DNA of 53,587 nt, the filler included, from Sphacelaria rigidula (taxonomy: Eukaryota): assembly GCA_964200075.2 (NCBI GenBank). It is 4 parts of 4 records of this genome, joined end to end, with 100 filler letters (N's around TTAATTAATTAA, not from the genome) between each part and the next. Parts side by side here need not be neighbours in the genome. Positions count along the whole stretch, not along the records: positions 40,267 to 53,587 come from CAXNAA020002967.1; 3 more parts are not named here. One strand, given 5' to 3'. The position numbers and the translations under genes are program-made. Shown in pieces: positions 52,169-53,587 of this stretch (positions are counted from its first letter, which is position 1; the number at the start of each line of letters is the position of its first letter). The notes beneath the pieces were generated by a model, which was not told where the DNA came from, made no database searches, and saw only the letters and a list, made by a program, of their open reading frames with translations.

Positions 52169-53380
52169 GACCGGCTGCTTGCCCTGCGAATACAAAATCA
52201 AACCCTGGACAAAAACCATAGATTTACATTGGCGAGAAGTGTACTGCGTACGGTATCGGATATTGCGTCTGTTGCATGGGACAATAGATTCGAAACTGTA
52301 CGCAGAACGCTTTTTGTCGATGTAATCTTTACGCCCAGGGTGCCATACAAAGACAGACTGCATGTAGTGTTTCACGTGAGCGACTCGGCGGGGGAAGGGC
52401 AACAGGAGATACGTCGCCGACTCGATGCCGAGACCCGTGCCCTCCAACAACGTATTATTCGGTCAGATTTCACCGTCTGCGTGCATATACCACCGTCCCG
52501 TACGAACTGCACGCACTGCTTTAGTACGGATTGTATTACACAGGGCACACGGCCTGCACATCCGACACTAGCGGACGAATCACCCACCGACTTGAGCAGC
52601 CGTGAAACGAACGTGTGAGGCAATGTGCACCGCACTCGGCGTGCTTGTATACACACCAAGGATTACTTTGTGCCCCGGCAGCGAGCTCGTGGTTCTTTGT
52701 CGGTCGTGCCGTCGAGCGTTTTGGATGTCCAGTTTCTCATTCTGCTTCTGTTCCCGAAAATAAAACTCACGAGGTTGCAGTTCCCACAATCCGAGAAAGC
52801 AAGACCGAAATATAGACGGGCAAGGAATATTTCGGTTCAAAGGTGTCGAAGGCAAGCGGTTGGTTGCTGTCCCGAAAAACGACGATAGCTGACCTGCTGT
52901 CGGTTGGCAACACATTCGATAGACATGGTTGGGTAGGCGCCGCGCTAGCCTTGATGCGAGCATTTCCACTGGCCAACAAGGACAAAGGACACCAGGCAAT
53001 ACGTGCCGCCATGCTGTTGCCGGAGACCCGAAGGACAAAGCAGTCGTCGAATGGAAAATGACGCCGGGGTTTTCGGTAGACCTCTGGAGCGGAACTAGAC
53101 CTGGACTTGCTGGCAACTGATACGACATCACAATCGCAAAACAACTACATCCTTTGTCGTAGTGAATCGTGCTTTTGCGTTCCCTTTTGATTCGCTCTTG
53201 CCGACGAAATAAGCTGACGGTATGCGTCGCTCATATCCTTGTGGAACTGTGGTCGACCTTCGGCGTTGCCCAAAAGCTCCGTTGTGATGGAGGCGAGGAA
53301 AATAGCGCCGAGGTGTTCACACATCCATACAGGTGATTGGAGGCAGAGATCGCTTTGGGGTCGTCAAGCGTGCACTTCCA

Positions 53381-53587
53381 GGGGGGGCTTGCTCATTTAT
53401 TGCTTGCTTTAGTCGTTTGACCATTGACCACGCATCCCGTTCGAGACGGAACACCATTCCTACTCCTGATAAAGACACCTCCAACACTCAGGTGCTCACT
53501 ACGTTTCTTTCTCACACTACCTCCCCGCTTTCCTGGGGGGGGGGGTGTACTCATTTGTTGCTTGCCTTAGTCGTTTGACCATTGACC
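53381..53587 (+). repeat. Two direct copies of an approximately 48-bp motif, also present inverted at 27508-27553
   Basis: gggggg..ctcattt.ytgcttgcYttagtcgtttgaccattg occurs three times. Confidence 0.85.

Noticed and set aside
52229..53330. 129-aa ORF and a possible restriction-like endonuclease LINE tail
   Set aside because: The resemblance is too weak, with no intact CCHC or PD-(D/E)xK motif.

Overview
Repeat-rich eukaryotic nuclear DNA, probably a brown alga or related stramenopile (inferred from splice signals and TE types). The window is not one locus. It is four contigs of 13,323, 13,322, 13,321 and 13,321 bp, in descending size order, joined by identical 100-bp N44-TTAATTAATTAA-N44 linkers. 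Contig 1 holds a decayed RTE-clade LINE, a spliced PTPA (PP2A activator) gene with at least 8 phase-consistent exons on the minus strand, and piggyBac-type and hAT-type MITEs. Contig 2 holds two copies of a dead Ty3/Gypsy element and a 42-bp satellite. Contig 3 holds a second decayed RTE, an orphan frameshifted ORF, a 124-bp palindrome and a Tc1/mariner-type MITE. Contig 4 holds nested inverted repeats including a 100-bp palindrome, a possible spliced pseudogene, a 1.4-kb TIR element and a tRNA-derived SINE. I cannot support a clearly novel multi-gene system. The best leads are the spacer-less palindromes (small-RNA candidates), a CpG-decay signal in the TE copies, the composite inverted-repeat element at 40.76-42.60 kb, and the orphan decayed ORFs.
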